DNA from: Octopus bimaculoides
Lineage: Eukaryota
Direction: 5' to 3'
DNA: 64,000 nucleotides
Assembly: GCF_001194135.2 (NCBI RefSeq)
Contig: NC_068998.1
Span: 16,905,344-16,969,343, forward strand
The translations under genes were made by a program, and so were the position numbers. The notes beneath the pieces are model-generated. The model was not told the origin of the DNA. It searched no databases and worked only from the letters and a program-made list of their open reading frames with translations. Positions 35,742 through 49,242 of the stretch are shown here, one piece after another; within the stretch, counting starts at the first letter, position 1; each line of letters begins with the position of its first letter.

Positions 35742-37779
35742 CTGCAGATAAATTGGAGAAAAAAAAAAGAGAGAAAAAAGAAAACAGAAAAAAAATGTAA
35801 TTACTAAATATTCACTTTGTCAAGTACAATAAAACAAATATTGCTAAAAAATCAAAATGCAACAAATCACTGGATTTGAAATAAATTTTAAGTCACATAC
35901 ATCAAAGTGATTATTGAGTTAAGGTAAGTAATGAGTTAAATTATAAATCTACCAAAGATATAGGAACTCATAATATTGTGAATGGAGTTATGACGGCCTT
36001 ATAAGCCACATAGTTGATTCCTACTACCTCCCATCTATCTAGTGCTTTTATGTTGCAATACTGGACCTCGTGAAGGTTGGAGAGAGAAACAGAGACAGGA
36101 ATTCAATGATTTTCATCAGTATAGCAATTTAGGGTTTGGAGTTATGTTTTATTCATAGTAAAATGCCTTCAAAGGGTTAAACAGATATTCATAATGAACA
36201 ATTCTGATATAAAACATCATCTATAAATACTATGATGCTTCTCATCTCTTGTGGCATGTTTGTTGAATTAAAAAACAAATTGATGGCTTAATCAGAGAAT
36301 TAGGGCAGCACCTAATATTTGCATGGCCTTTGAGACTGGCAGTGGAAGGCAAAGAAGGAACTATAATAGTTCCTGTATTGCAGCGAGGGGCAAAGCATCA
36401 AGATATTGAGTTATATTCTACCTGAAGAGCTGATCAAAATGAAGATCATTTAATGTACCCAAGGGCCAGATGGTGGTGTTAAACTAAAGTAATGAATTAG
36501 TTCTACCTGAGTGTTGGGGCTCACCGAGGCAAAGTGTCTGATGCCAATGGCACGTGAAGAGCTCCTTTTGAGTGTTGGACTTTATGGGAGGCAATGACAG
36601 ACCTTTGGCATTATGTTGTGCTTGAGAAGACCCATCAAACCAAGTAAAATTGTAGTTGTAACAGAAACTGGTGTCATGCAAATGGCACGTAAACGCACCT
36701 CTTACGCTCTCAGAGTGGTTGGTGTCTGGAAGGGCATCCAACCATAGAAACCATGCCAAATCGGACTCTAGTGCAGCCCTCCAACTGGTCAAACAGCCCA
36801 ACTCATGCCAGCATGGACAATGGACACTAAATGATGATGATGTGATAAGAATAGGTACAGTTTGATGGGCTTTCATAGTTTCCATCTATCCAATTTCACT
36901 CATAGGTTTGGACTGATCCAAGGCTATCGGTCATAAAAGATACTGGGTATGACTCCACTGCATGGGATTGAACCCAGAACCAAGTGATTGTGAAATGAAC
37001 TTAACCTAACAGTATTTAGGTGACAAGTTTTAGTTAGTAAATAATGTTTGCTGCAGAACATTAGGTTTGCTAATTAATGCTCAGCACAATGAAGTTGGGA
37101 TGCTTAAAGTATTTTGAATTGTAAAGCAATGTTAGTATGAACCAGCATATCATTGAATAAATAAATAAAATATGAAAAAGAAAAAACACAAAGGAGCATG
37201 GAAGCGTCATTCAAAAAAGTTGTTGCATGAGGAATATAAGTGGACTAATGAGAGTGAAGAAGCAATTAAGATTCAGTAAGGTGAGTAAACAAAAGCAAGA
37301 AATGAATCATGTTATTTACTTTTTTGGTTAATCAGGTCATTTATAAAGATGCCCTCCCCACAATGCCTGGCATACCAGTATTACTGAAGGGCAAATGAGA
37401 TGCACAGGAAAGAAACAAAATACAAAAGCCTCAAACAGATGAACCAAGTTTTGAAAGTAGTTATATAAGTATTAGCAAAGTGGATAAAATGGGTGTTCTG
37501 GTTTATACTAGGATGATGTGAAATGAAATGTTTCATATTATGAGACAACTGCCAGGAAAGATTAAACCACACATGAAAATAAAAACAATGATAGGGTAGG
37601 TAGTGAATCAAGTGTAAAGTATGTCCACCGGGGTTCTGCTCTAAACTTATTTCTTACAGTTCAAGACTGAATATTTATGTTTTATATTCCAGATCTCATT
37701 GTAAAAAAAATCTGCTGAAGAATAGCAGAAAAAGTTCAGAAACTTAAAGGTCAACATGAAAGATTAAGTGGTAGTAATT

Positions 37780-38250
37780 AGGAGAGGGCACAAGATGGAA
37801 GTTGACAATGAATACACAAAACATGCTGTAGGGTTTCACACAGAATCAAGGCTTCAGATGTGTTCATTAAATCTAGTTGATAGTTTCTGTTAGGAAGATC
37901 TAATTAGTGATAGCAGAAGTATTTATAAAACAGAAAGAAGTTGAGAGAGCCAGTGTCCAAGCAATGAAGGATTTTTCTCTGCACAAAAAGAAAACTACAA
38001 GAAGCAGGTGTAAGGAATATGATGGTGGATGATTATGAAGCATATACACAGACAATGAGATCTGTAGAAGCTGAGAAAATTGAAGCAATGATGGTCAGCT
38101 GAATATGTAATGCAAAAGTTAGGAGTGTATGTAAGAGAACTAAGAAAGCAGCTTAAACATTAAAAGTGTCTGCCAAGATGTGACTCTGCAAGCATGGTGA
38201 AGTAACATGCACTGATTGTGGAGATTATGTGCAGCAGAAGTCAAAGACAG
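37780..38250 (+). mobile_element. Highly decayed LINE (RTE-like) RT fragment
   Basis: Remnants resembling VGxHQGS, DDLVLIAE and E.SMLRWMCNV motifs by eye; weak. Confidence 0.35.
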
Positions 38251-39539
38251 TATAGGGAAAAATGTAAATCGCTATGTATATATTTGCAACACTGATAGTA
38301 TTGTTTTCAATTTGATAGATTTATTTAAACTTTACAGTATTTGATGTATTTGTTACATAAATAATATTGCTTTTATATGAATAACATCCACCATCATACT
38401 CCTTACACCTGCTTCTTGAATTAAATAATGAAAAATGTAATAAACAAATATGGAATGAAGATACATGTGTAGTCAGCCTCCACAAATAGACAGCTATAAC
38501 GGCATAAAAATGCAAAATTACAACAGAAAGTGGGGATAGACAAAGTCAGGGACAGCACTACTTCACAAATACCTTGAACTACAGTCAACTCCACGAAACA
38601 CTACCAAAGAGAAGAGCATAGCAGGGGAAGGACAGGAAAAATAGAATGCCTAACTCATCAATCAGTAAAAAGTAAGTGATAAATTTATAAGTTAGAGAGA
38701 TTAATTATAACCCAACAAGATATTTTAAAATGTAATGACAAATCATCTTATGTCCATTTTTCTATGCTTGCATGGATTTGACTATATAATAATAAACAAG
38801 ACTTGACAAACTATTATGGTAGATTTGGAAAGAGAAGGGAAACTAAGAATTAAAAAAAGACAAAAGAAAAAGTAAAAACATCCAACCTCAGGAACTAAAA
38901 AAAAACAAAAAAAAACTGACTTTAAACAGGTAGAGTGTAATAGAATATAAGTAATGAGATCGCAAATGTATGTTTGAAATGGTCAAAACCAGCAGCACAA
39001 TGTGCTCCAGTGCTTCAAATCTCTTGCTAAGCAGAGCTGATGAAAAGAGATTCTGATTAATTATCTGATACGTTTTGTTTTCTAATTGGAACTGATGTCC
39101 AACTAGGGGGTTACATACCAAACGATAATAATGGAAAGTAAAAACTGGATATGTACATGCTGCAACTAAAAAAAAAAAAAAGCATGTAAAGGCAGAAGCA
39201 ATTTTTTAACTGACTGGGGCAAAACTGAAATCTTCAGAATGAGAACATGTTTAGGTTATAAATACTAAAGGCAATACACCTATAAAATAACCAGTGTAGT
39301 CAAGACTAGAATATCAGTTAATATCATTTGCATGTTTAAAATACATAACTGTCATCTGCCATTTACATTTTCTCGTTGAGTACCATTTTAAAATGGTGAA
39401 ATATTATATAATAAACCAGAAATATTTCTGAATGTATCTTCTGGATTCTTATTCTTCTTACCCATGTTATTCTATTATTTCATTTTAGTTAGAGAACTGA
39501 TGAAATTGAAAATTTGTTATAAATCAAATTTTCGTTTTC

Positions 39540-39577
<38 letters not shown>

Positions 39578-39649
39578 AGTTTATTAGGTAGATATTTTAA
39601 AGAGCAGTGCATTTATTGCAGTTTACAATCATTTATAATGTATATCGGT

Positions 39650-39957
39650 ATGTGTAAGGACTTTCGAGCGAGATTGTTGCCAGTGCCCCTGGACTGGCTC
39701 TTGTGTGGGTGGCACATAAAATACACCATTTTGAGCGTGGCCGTTGCCAGTACCGCTTGACTGGGCCTCATGCTGATGGCACGTAAAAGCACCCACTACA
39801 CTCTCAGAGTGGTTGGTGTTAGGAAGGGCATCCAGCTGTAGAAGCTCTGCCAAATCAGATTGGAGCCTGGTGTAGCCATCTGGTTTCACCAGTCCTCAGT
39901 CAAATCGTCCAACCCATGCTAGCATGGAAAGCAGACGTTAAACGATGATGATGATGA
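39650..39957 (-). mobile_element. Family A repeat, little-diverged copy
   Basis: Closely matches 2986-3232. Confidence 0.85.
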
Positions 39958-40468
39958 CTGAGATGAATAATTAGTTAAATTGATCCTAGTTAATACCAAG
40001 GACATACTTCAGAAGCCATAGGAATGAAAGCAACATGGATCTCACAAAGAACTAAACACAGATGAAACTAATTACTGAAACCTGCTATACTACCATTTCA
40101 GCCACTTCACCAACCTCTGCTCCAATACAATGGATATTGAGCAAATATTATTTGTTCAAAAGCAGAACCGACACCAGAGATATATTTTTACTTAGTTTTT
40201 ACAAAGATGTGGATAACCACCATTATGTTGCTCTCCCTATGCTGATGACACATCCAAATAATTTAGGGGTCAATATATCACGGAAACCTAGAAGTCATGA
40301 CTATGTTACCTACAATGCGATATGTGAAAACAATCCAAACTTTTCTACTTAAAATGGAAGTGTTGCTTTTAAAAAACAAACCAAGAAAAACCTCTAAAAG
40401 TAATTGACATCAGTTTTGAATAAACTATGGGATGATTAACAAAGAAAAATGTCTGAAAATATCCAAAC

Positions 40469-40621
40469 CTGGGTAATAAAAATTGTGAATTGCTATTTGA
40501 AGTATTGGAGCTAGATGCACTTGGTGGTTCTGTGGAACTGTTTGGTGTAGTGGTAGTAGTAGTGACAGCTGGGGGCTTGGGAATTTCAGCTTGTCTTCTA
40601 GGTAATCGTTCTAATTGTTGT
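40469..40621 (-). CDS. KCMF1: KCMF1 exon (QQLERLPRRQAEIPKPPAVTTTTT...SNSQFLLP)
   Basis: (t)n ccag| acceptor, AG|gtttgg donor, 153 nt, phase 2 to 2; QQLE and NSQFLL match human KCMF1 (recalled). Confidence 0.92.
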
Positions 40622-42714
40622 CTGGAAAAAAAAAAAAAAATGATATTTTAAGATTAAAAAGAAGACAGTGGTTGAGTTTTAAAATTTGTATACAAGCAGA
40701 AAATAAAATAAAATTAACAAAAACATAATTGAAGCGAAAATAGCAATTATTATTTAACAGCCATTTGACATTTCCTCTTTTTTTTCTCTAAAGAGATAAA
40801 TAAGAATTCCATCCTTATGAACTTATAGCTATTCAAGGAGATTTGAAAATAATTATGAAATTCATTCTTAACTATCAGCTTTACTGTACCAACACAATTT
40901 GATTGAATTATTTCAAATTTATAAACCAAATTTTTTGTTTAATCTAAAATTATTTTCACTTTTCTGAACTTATATTTAATATCAAAGTCTATAGAATAAT
41001 TGAAAATCTGGCATTTATCATGTTAATTATATTTGTTGCTTTCTAACACTATATCATTCTCTTAGAATCATGCTATTAATAATAAAATCTTGTTATTCTC
41101 AAATGAATAAAAAGTGAAATATTTCTTCTTAGATTGTTTATTGTAATAGGTTTTGATTGCCATAAAATCCAAAGCAAGCAAAATAAAGCAATTTCAAATA
41201 TTTTAATGACTGTGTTAATTATTAAAATAGTAAATTATTTGTAGATGGAAAAAAAAATTCTTAAAAAAACAAACAAAAAACAAAGTGACCCAGAGGAACA
41301 TAAAATAAAATTTTAAAAAATATATAAAATTCAATATTTTTAGAGTTATTAAAAATAAATTTTAACTCCCGAAAGCCAAGCAAGCAACAGAAAGAACGAA
41401 GAAAACAAAATTTAAAAGACAATGCAGAAAGAAAAAAAAAAATCAGAGAGGGAAGATGAAACTAAATAGAAAGAAACAACAGATTTGAAATAATGTTCCA
41501 TTAATGACATTCCAACAAAAGGCATAAACCCTACATGCCATGTTTAAGGTTTTCATTTGTACTGTTATGATGTGCTTTCCATTAGACACAATAATACATG
41601 TTGGTAACTTCATGTATTCAACAAATGATTAATTTGGAATTAGTTTAATATTTGAAACATTTTAGACAAAGCACTATGGGATAAAATGAATCAAGAATGC
41701 AGGTCCCAGTGTTATTTCATTTGTTCACACTTATCTAAGGAATATCATCTTTTCATTCCATAAATTAATAATTCTTTTTCATACTATTAAAATATTTCAT
41801 AACTACAAACAATAGTATCTGAAATGTATGTAATACTAGATTGTACTTGAGAAAAGATAGAGACAATAGTTAAAATTTCTTTATAATACTAGTCTAACCT
41901 AACACAAATATAGATGCTATGAATGCCAGCAGTTCATGTTGAGATTAGTAGATCATGCAAACTAGAAATCCAAAATAAGTTGTTAGAAACACAGATCCAA
42001 TTTAGCAGAAAAAAGCCAAAACATGCGGCAAAAATTAGCAAGTACATATCCATAAAATTAACATAATACAGTAAAAATACATGCCTTTAAGGAGAAAATT
42101 GTTGGGTGTGCGTGCGTGTTTATATTTGATTGCAAGAAACTTCCCTATTTTAAAGAATTTATTTAACTTTACACTTGTTTTTAGGTTGGATATTAGTTAA
42201 CATTAGAATAATGAATTGAAGGAGAATTCCATTAATTTTAATGTAAAACAATTAGCATAAGTGGCACTACTATAATGATTAACAAACTTTTCCCAGAAGA
42301 ATATAAGCTTCTGAAATAAGAATGGTAATCAAAAATACCAAATATTGGCATAAGGATGTTTGTTCTACTCTAAGTCACTTAACTGCATAATTATTGGGAA
42401 TAAATTACTTGTCTTTAAATTCACTCTGCATAAGAAAATAGAATAAATAAATGAATAAAAGCAGGCAGTCTTTATACTTAAACTAGTAGTATGCCCAACT
42501 TCACTTGTTTATGGAAGACTAGCACACTTAAATCACACACAACCTTGCTTATGGTTTATTTCAGCTCTAGATACTAAGCAAAATAGGACCAGACCATAAA
42601 CAAGACAGGTGATATAGATATAGATATATGCAAATTGGTTTCATTCATAGTTTGGATGCATCAGGGAGGATGTGGGAGCTCATGTAAAGATTTCAACACC
42701 TTCAACTAAGGCGT

Positions 42715-42835
42715 ATCACTGATTACCCGTGGTCAGGTGCCAGCCAGGATTGAAACCGCGACCAAGATTGAAGTCCACCTGTCGACGACGCATTTACAGA
42801 CTGCGTCGTAGTCATCACACCATCGATCCGACTGA
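42715..42835 (-). other. Isolated CpG-rich tRNA-like / Pol III head remnant
   Basis: Minus strand has a B-box-like GGTTTCAATCC and an 8-bp hairpin acgacgca/tgcgtcgt; no full cloverleaf and no SINE tail recognised. Confidence 0.4.
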
Positions 42836-44754
42836 AATTAGAACAACCATAAGAGGGTATATTAGGTCCCCTTTTATGTAGGTTTCATCTAATTTATTAT
42901 TAGTAGCTCCTGTCCAACACTGGATGAAAGTCTCCTCCATATACAACAAATACTGATGCTGACTGAGCATGTTACTAACTAATTTCAAAAGGTTTTAACT
43001 GCCTACAAAAACATTATTACAAACTATTCTTAGATTTTACAAAAGAATATCTAAAACAAAACCCTACAAAGTTAATGTCATTTAGTTCTATTGAAATTAA
43101 CTAACCAAGTATAATAACAGAGATTCTACACATTGAATAAACTGGAAATCAAAATGAAAAAAAAAAAAAAAAAATTAAGAAATACATAAGAAATGAACCA
43201 GTTATAGGAGTGGTGGAAAAATTATATAACCACAAAATACCAGCAAGCAGCTACAAACATGAACAACACTTGCAAACTGCCGTCTAAATATAGCTATTAC
43301 TGCCTGTGTGTAGACAACCCTATCTAAAATGAAATGATTGCAGTTTCCAAATTGCAATTCAACATGCTGTCAATTTGTTGGAGGAAATTCACATTCAATG
43401 ATGATACATGTACTCTTAACATTTGCATTTTAATTATTTTAATTATATATTGAAACAAGTTAAAAATACATAATCATGCTTTTCAAACAACAGAATATTA
43501 ACAAAAAGAAACAAAAAAAAAAAAACCTGTTAGTCTAAGTATTCTAAGTATTGGCTTTGATATAAAATAATTCAAAGTTTATAACATTTGGAAGATATAT
43601 CCCTCTTCCAATTCTCTAACATCTAAGATTCCAATGTAGGCTCAATGATGGAATACAAACCATATATCAATTGTCCAGCAAGAAATATGAGGTTTGCATT
43701 TCATCAGTGGACATATGCCTCATTTTCAATTCAAGATTTATAAATTATTTCTCCTTTGCTAATGCAAGGATAGCTAGACAAACAGCAACTATAAGAAACT
43801 ATAACATTAGGCAAGACTGAGGAATAAGGGAGAAACCTTATTTAAAACTAAGAAACAAAAATTAGGTTGAAAGACTTACACAGAGAGAAGTGATACATGA
43901 AATAGTTACGGCTCTCATATATTTGAACTAGAAAACTAATATACCCTCTCTATCTCTCTAACACAATGAATGGCAGGTTTTCAACAATAACTAGCCACAT
44001 TTAAGCAACACGGGATGTCCTTGCATTTACCAAGGGGTTTTTCTGTCTGAGTTGGAAGAAAGACAATGGCTGTACACTGGAGAGACAAATGGATGAAGAC
44101 ATAGCCAAGAGTCAGCAATACTGAACTCAAAAGGTCTAATGAAAGCCCAGTTCCATTTGTAGCTTTGCTGGATAGCCACTAACTCACTGATGAGTTCATT
44201 CAACCTTGTACAAAGGTATTGCTGTCTTGTCAGGTTAGAGTATTAATTCACCCTCCACACATCAGGCTAAGATTTCACTGAGGCATTGCTAAGTTTCGTT
44301 GCCAACAACCTTATCATGAACACAAACACACTCTTTCTCTCTCACATATATAGGTACTTATGTAATATTAGGGTTCCCTGAGGAGAATAAGGGAAGTATG
44401 AAGGCTATTAGAATCAGTCAAGAAATTCAAAACTCAGAAAAGTATGATGTTAATGAAACTAATAATAATTATTTCAAGTCACATGTCAAACAAGTCCAAC
44501 TCTGCAATTATTTGTTATATATATATATCAATAAATATAGGGATGATATTATTAAAATACCATCACGAGTGGTAAGCGAATTATCAGCCGTACAGGCAAA
44601 TCAACAAAATATATACATACAGTATTAGATATGTATATATGATCATCATCGTTTAACGTCCGCTTTCCATGCTAGCATGGGTTGGACGATTTGACTGAGG
44701 ACTGGTGAAACTGGATGGCAACACCAGGCTCATATATATATATATATATATATA

Positions 44755-44878
44755 CACAAGTGTACTACATGAGTACCTATATGGCTAAAAAATATAAGTC
44801 AAAATATACTTCGGTGGTACAGAAGTATTTTTGACTTCTATTTTTTAGTGATATAGGTACTCATGTAGTACCCTTGTG
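44755..44878. mobile_element. 124-bp foldback MITE flanked by TA
   Basis: 57/58-nt arms with 4 mismatches and 1 bulge around a 9-nt loop; TA on both sides. Confidence 0.85.
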
Positions 44879-46022
44879 TATATAAGAGTTGGGCCAATCT
44901 TTTTTCATATTTTATGGACCCATTAATTAGTGTTCAGATACCAATATAATGGAAAACAACTAGAGAAAAGTGAACCACCACATGGATGAATTTATGTGGA
45001 GTCAATTACATTGATGATGTTAGGGTCATTTTATATTACTAGATTTTTAAGTGGTATCTTATAAACTAAATAAAGAAAAATTTGTGTTTACAACTAAAGA
45101 TTTCTGTTAAACTTTCCTAGCTGAGTTTCATTTTCATTTCTAAGATTTCCACCCATGACTCTCCAATGTACCCCCACCCCACTAAAATGAAGTAGAATTA
45201 AACAGTCACTCAAAAGGTTCATAGATCTACAAAGTAAGATATTCAAAATTTAAATTAAATCAACTTTCCATGTTCAGCATAGAAGTAAAAGTCAATGACA
45301 TACTAAAAACATGTAAGAGTTCATTTCATATATATATATAAAAAGAAAAAATTTGTCTATTCACTTATTTTCATATTGTAATCTATCCATCTAATTTATG
45401 TGGCATTTTCAAATATGATAATGTTTTGTTCTAACTGTGCACATTTATACATTTCATAACTTATTTCTCTAAACTGCTTACTACACAATGAAAACACAAA
45501 TGGCTGAGAGGGTTAGTATTTCAAATCTTACCACCAGGAAAATAACCCTAAGTGGGGGACAGCTGCATGAATTTAGCTAAATCAGCTAGATGGTGAGGGT
45601 TTGAATGACATGCAGAATAAATAATTGAGCCATACACTTATCTATAATTATTGTCAATTATTACTTAATATATATCCTTATGTAGTGATGTACTGAAGGC
45701 ATAGTGAAAAATTTCCAAATGAATTGAAATTTTTTTTACATATGCCATACAATATATCACCACCAATCTGATTCGTAAAAAGTAATAACTAGTAATAATT
45801 GTATCTGACTCAATACTTGCAACATTTCACTTTATTTTAATATATGCTAAAGGGTTAAGTTGCTTTATGAGGAAATGAATGCCAAGGGAGACAAATATTT
45901 CAGGAGACGATTTCAGTGTTTTTTAAATGTTAGTCAAGGTGCACAAATAAGTTTGCATGGAAAGGTAGATTATACAACAAAAATATAACAAAATTATGAA
46001 AACAATTTTTTTTACAATGGAG

Positions 46023-46057
<35 letters not shown>

Positions 46058-47160
46058 GTGTAATAATTATTTCATCAAGGTGTTCAATCACCTACATGTG
46101 TGTTAGGGAGGTGCAGAAAAAATTCTGCTCATTAAATATTGAAAGTAAAATTCTTAGTTCAAAGAAATATTTAATTTCCATTAAATACCAAGTAGTTATA
46201 ACTTTCCTTACAATTCCTTTATACAGAACAAAAACCACATACCCACATTTCTTGACCTGAATAATATTTTAAAGATTTTCCTCGACTGTTTTTTTTTTGT
46301 TTTTTTTGAAGTCCAGAACTTAGTCTATTGGTCTTTTTGCCAAACCCTTAAGTTGGGAACATAAACTAATACCAGTTGTCAAGTGGTACGGGGACAGACA
46401 CAAACACACACAATAAATATATGACAAGCTTCTTTCACTTTCCGTCTACCAAGTCCATTCACATGGCCTTGGTCTACCTGGGGCTATAGCAGAAAACACT
46501 TGCCCAAGTTGCCATGCAGTGGTATTGAACCTGAAACCATGATGTTGGGAAGTAAACTTCTAACCATACAGCCATACCTGTGCCTGGAATAAAATTTTTA
46601 AATCGTGGGATTTGCAGATGTTCTTAGAGCAAGATTCTTCATTTGCCTAGAATACTAATGACCAATAAAGCATTACAGCTTAGTCCCACACACAAGCATA
46701 GCTAGAGTGTGTGCTGCTCTTCTGTTTGCCGCTTCCAGACTTCACAAAAGTGCAGCCCAGGGTTCCAATCTGATTTGGCTTGGTTTCTATGCTGGATGCC
46801 CTTCCTAGTGCTTTTAACGTGCCACTGGCATGAGTGCTTTGTTTGATTGATTTTATTAGGGAATGGTTAATTTTTCATCAACTATGATGGAGTGATGAAA
46901 CTGACCACAGCAGGAAAATATACAAGATCATCATCGTTCCTGTTCCATGCTGGTATGGACTGGACAAGATCTTTAATACTTAGATTAAGGAGAATATTAA
47001 AATACTCTAAGATTTAATAAACATAACCCAATAAAGAATTCTAAAAGATGTATTTTGTAACTGTTAAGATTGGCTCATAAGCTTGATTCCTATTGAATCA
47101 CAAATATAAAAATTGTTTTAATGAGTAAATACTACACCAACCCTCACACTAGGTACTTAC

Positions 47161-47260
47161 TTAGTAGACTGCAATTGCATTTCTAACTGCTGCAACTGGG
47201 AGGATACACTTTGGGCAGCAGCAGCCCGACTTCGAACGCTGGACAGCTGAGATAATAACT
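47161..47260 (-). CDS. KCMF1: KCMF1 exon (ELLSQLSSVRSRAAAAQSVSSQLQQLEMQLQST)
   Basis: (t)n attacag| acceptor, AA|gtaagt donor, phase 1 to 2; ELLSQLS and SQLQQL.MQLQ match human KCMF1 (recalled). Confidence 0.95.
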
Positions 47261-48294
47261 CTGTAATAAAAAAAAAAAAATAATAAATAAAGAGGTAAGA
47301 ATCATAAGGGAAAACAGAAACATAAAAATCATTAGGACGACTTAAGAAAATAATAGTCTCTATTGCTAATTATTGACTAACACAAATAAGTGAGAGAAGC
47401 TTTGCTGAAGAGTAATAGGTTTAGAAAATTAAAAGTTATACTTAACCTGAATAATGAATATATGCAAACATAATATAAGATTGCAAACTTTATAGTTTTT
47501 TTTTTACAGTTTAAAATATTTAAATTAATTGGGGTGTTCTTATGTATTGGACAATATTAGTAAGCACTACCAAAATATGGGAAACCCAACGACAGATACA
47601 GCTTATATCATAAACCTGTGTAACAACTAATTTGAAAGCTAAGTGGCAAAGTTAAAGACAGGTAGAGGTTTATTTCAAGCAATTCGTTGGAGCAAACACC
47701 AAAAGCTAAGATAAACAGATGCATATGCTTGATTTTTTTCAACGTATTTTCAATTTAGTAAAAGATTTTTTTTTGTTTTTACGAAAAATATATAGATGAA
47801 GGAAAACTATTTAAATTTTAAAATTGTGTATTTTTGTCAAACACACACACAAAAAAACAAAAAAAAACAAACAAAAAAACAAACTGTCATGTGGCTTACA
47901 AAGATAACCTGTGGGATAAAACTTTTTCATGGCAATAAAAAATTTATTGGTTTGTTATATTCTAAAATATGAAAGAGAAAAACAATGAAATAAAAAATTA
48001 AAAAATAAAACAACTAAATACTTGAATATGTCAACTAAAAAGGAATTTTGCAATAGTACATTGATTGAATGACTACAAAGCACCACTTCTTACTGTTAAT
48101 TGCAAGGAACTGAAGAAGTTATTAACAGCAAAAATGTGAAATCAAATATTAGAAAATTAGTATTCTAATAAAGCAGTGAACCCCAAAAAACTTAAGTTTT
48201 GCACCAAAGTCGGATAAGATGTCCACGGCATAAATTGTTGTTCATTTAGCATTTCTGAGTTGTTTTGGTCCCTGTTTGTATGTATTTGTGTGTA

Positions 48295-48351
<57 letters not shown>

Positions 48352-49170
48352 NNNNNNNNNNNNNNNNNNNNNNNNNNNNNNNNNNNNNNNNNNNNNNNNN
48401 NNNNNNNNNNNNNNNNNNNNNNNNNNNATATATATATATATATATATATATACACGCACACACACATATATATATACATACATACATATACATGTATATA
48501 TTTTGGAATAAAGCCACAGTTTTAATACAAAAAAAAAAATTCTTATAATATAGCAATTAGAATATTGAAAGAGAAAAATATTGCAGGCATTGTTAAAGGA
48601 TTTAAGTTTGAAAATCAATTTCAGTGTTACATGTATGTATTAAAAAAAAAAAAATACAAAATATAAACTTGAAACAAGCAAACTAAGATGCTTCCTCAAC
48701 AAAAATTGTGACAAAAACCTGAAGGAAAGATTACAGCAGCCCAAATTATTTGGATTATGGAATGAAACAATAATTCAGGATACAGTAGCACACCTAACTA
48801 GCAAGTAATGATACTTACATCTGTACATTAACACATTAATGTAACCATGTAAAGCTACATTAAAGAAATCCTAATTTGGCAACACTGTTTCGAAGAAAAG
48901 GAGCAAAAAGAGATAGCAAAAAAACACCAAAAAGTCCATTTTAACCAGAGAAGACTTAATATTAGAACTACAAGAGCAACAACTACTTTTGACTGAGAAG
49001 GAAAAAAGGATAAAAAGAAACAAATAAATATGTTTAATAATAGATATAGAAGAATAGGTAAATATAGCAACCACAAGTAACTGACTTTATTCCAAGCATT
49101 TATGAGAGTTCTACACTGAGAAGGTCAAGTACTGTGTGCTAACGAAGGAAGGAAATTTAAGAAAATTTAC

Positions 49171-49242
49171 CTGGAGAATATTCAAGGAAGACGTCCCAGA
49201 GGTCAGCTGCACACGAGATGGGAAGTTGTGGTCGATTACGAT
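49171..49242 (-). CDS. KCMF1: Probable KCMF1 72-nt symmetric exon (DRNRPQLPISCAADLWDVFLEYSP)
   Basis: ctgccttccatag| acceptor, CAG|gtaaat donor, phase 1 to 1, open in the KCMF1 frame, GC-rich island in an AT-rich intron; no recalled human counterpart. Confidence 0.7.

Noticed and set aside
48157-48618. Cluster of HT/VC/YI-rich ORFs
   Set aside because: (GT)n and (TA)n microsatellites plus an N gap; the same applies to 15607-15874.
48819-48820. 2-nt micro-exon (tacag|AT|gtaagt) in KCMF1
   Set aside because: It has no pyrimidine tract, would break the frame and is expected by chance.
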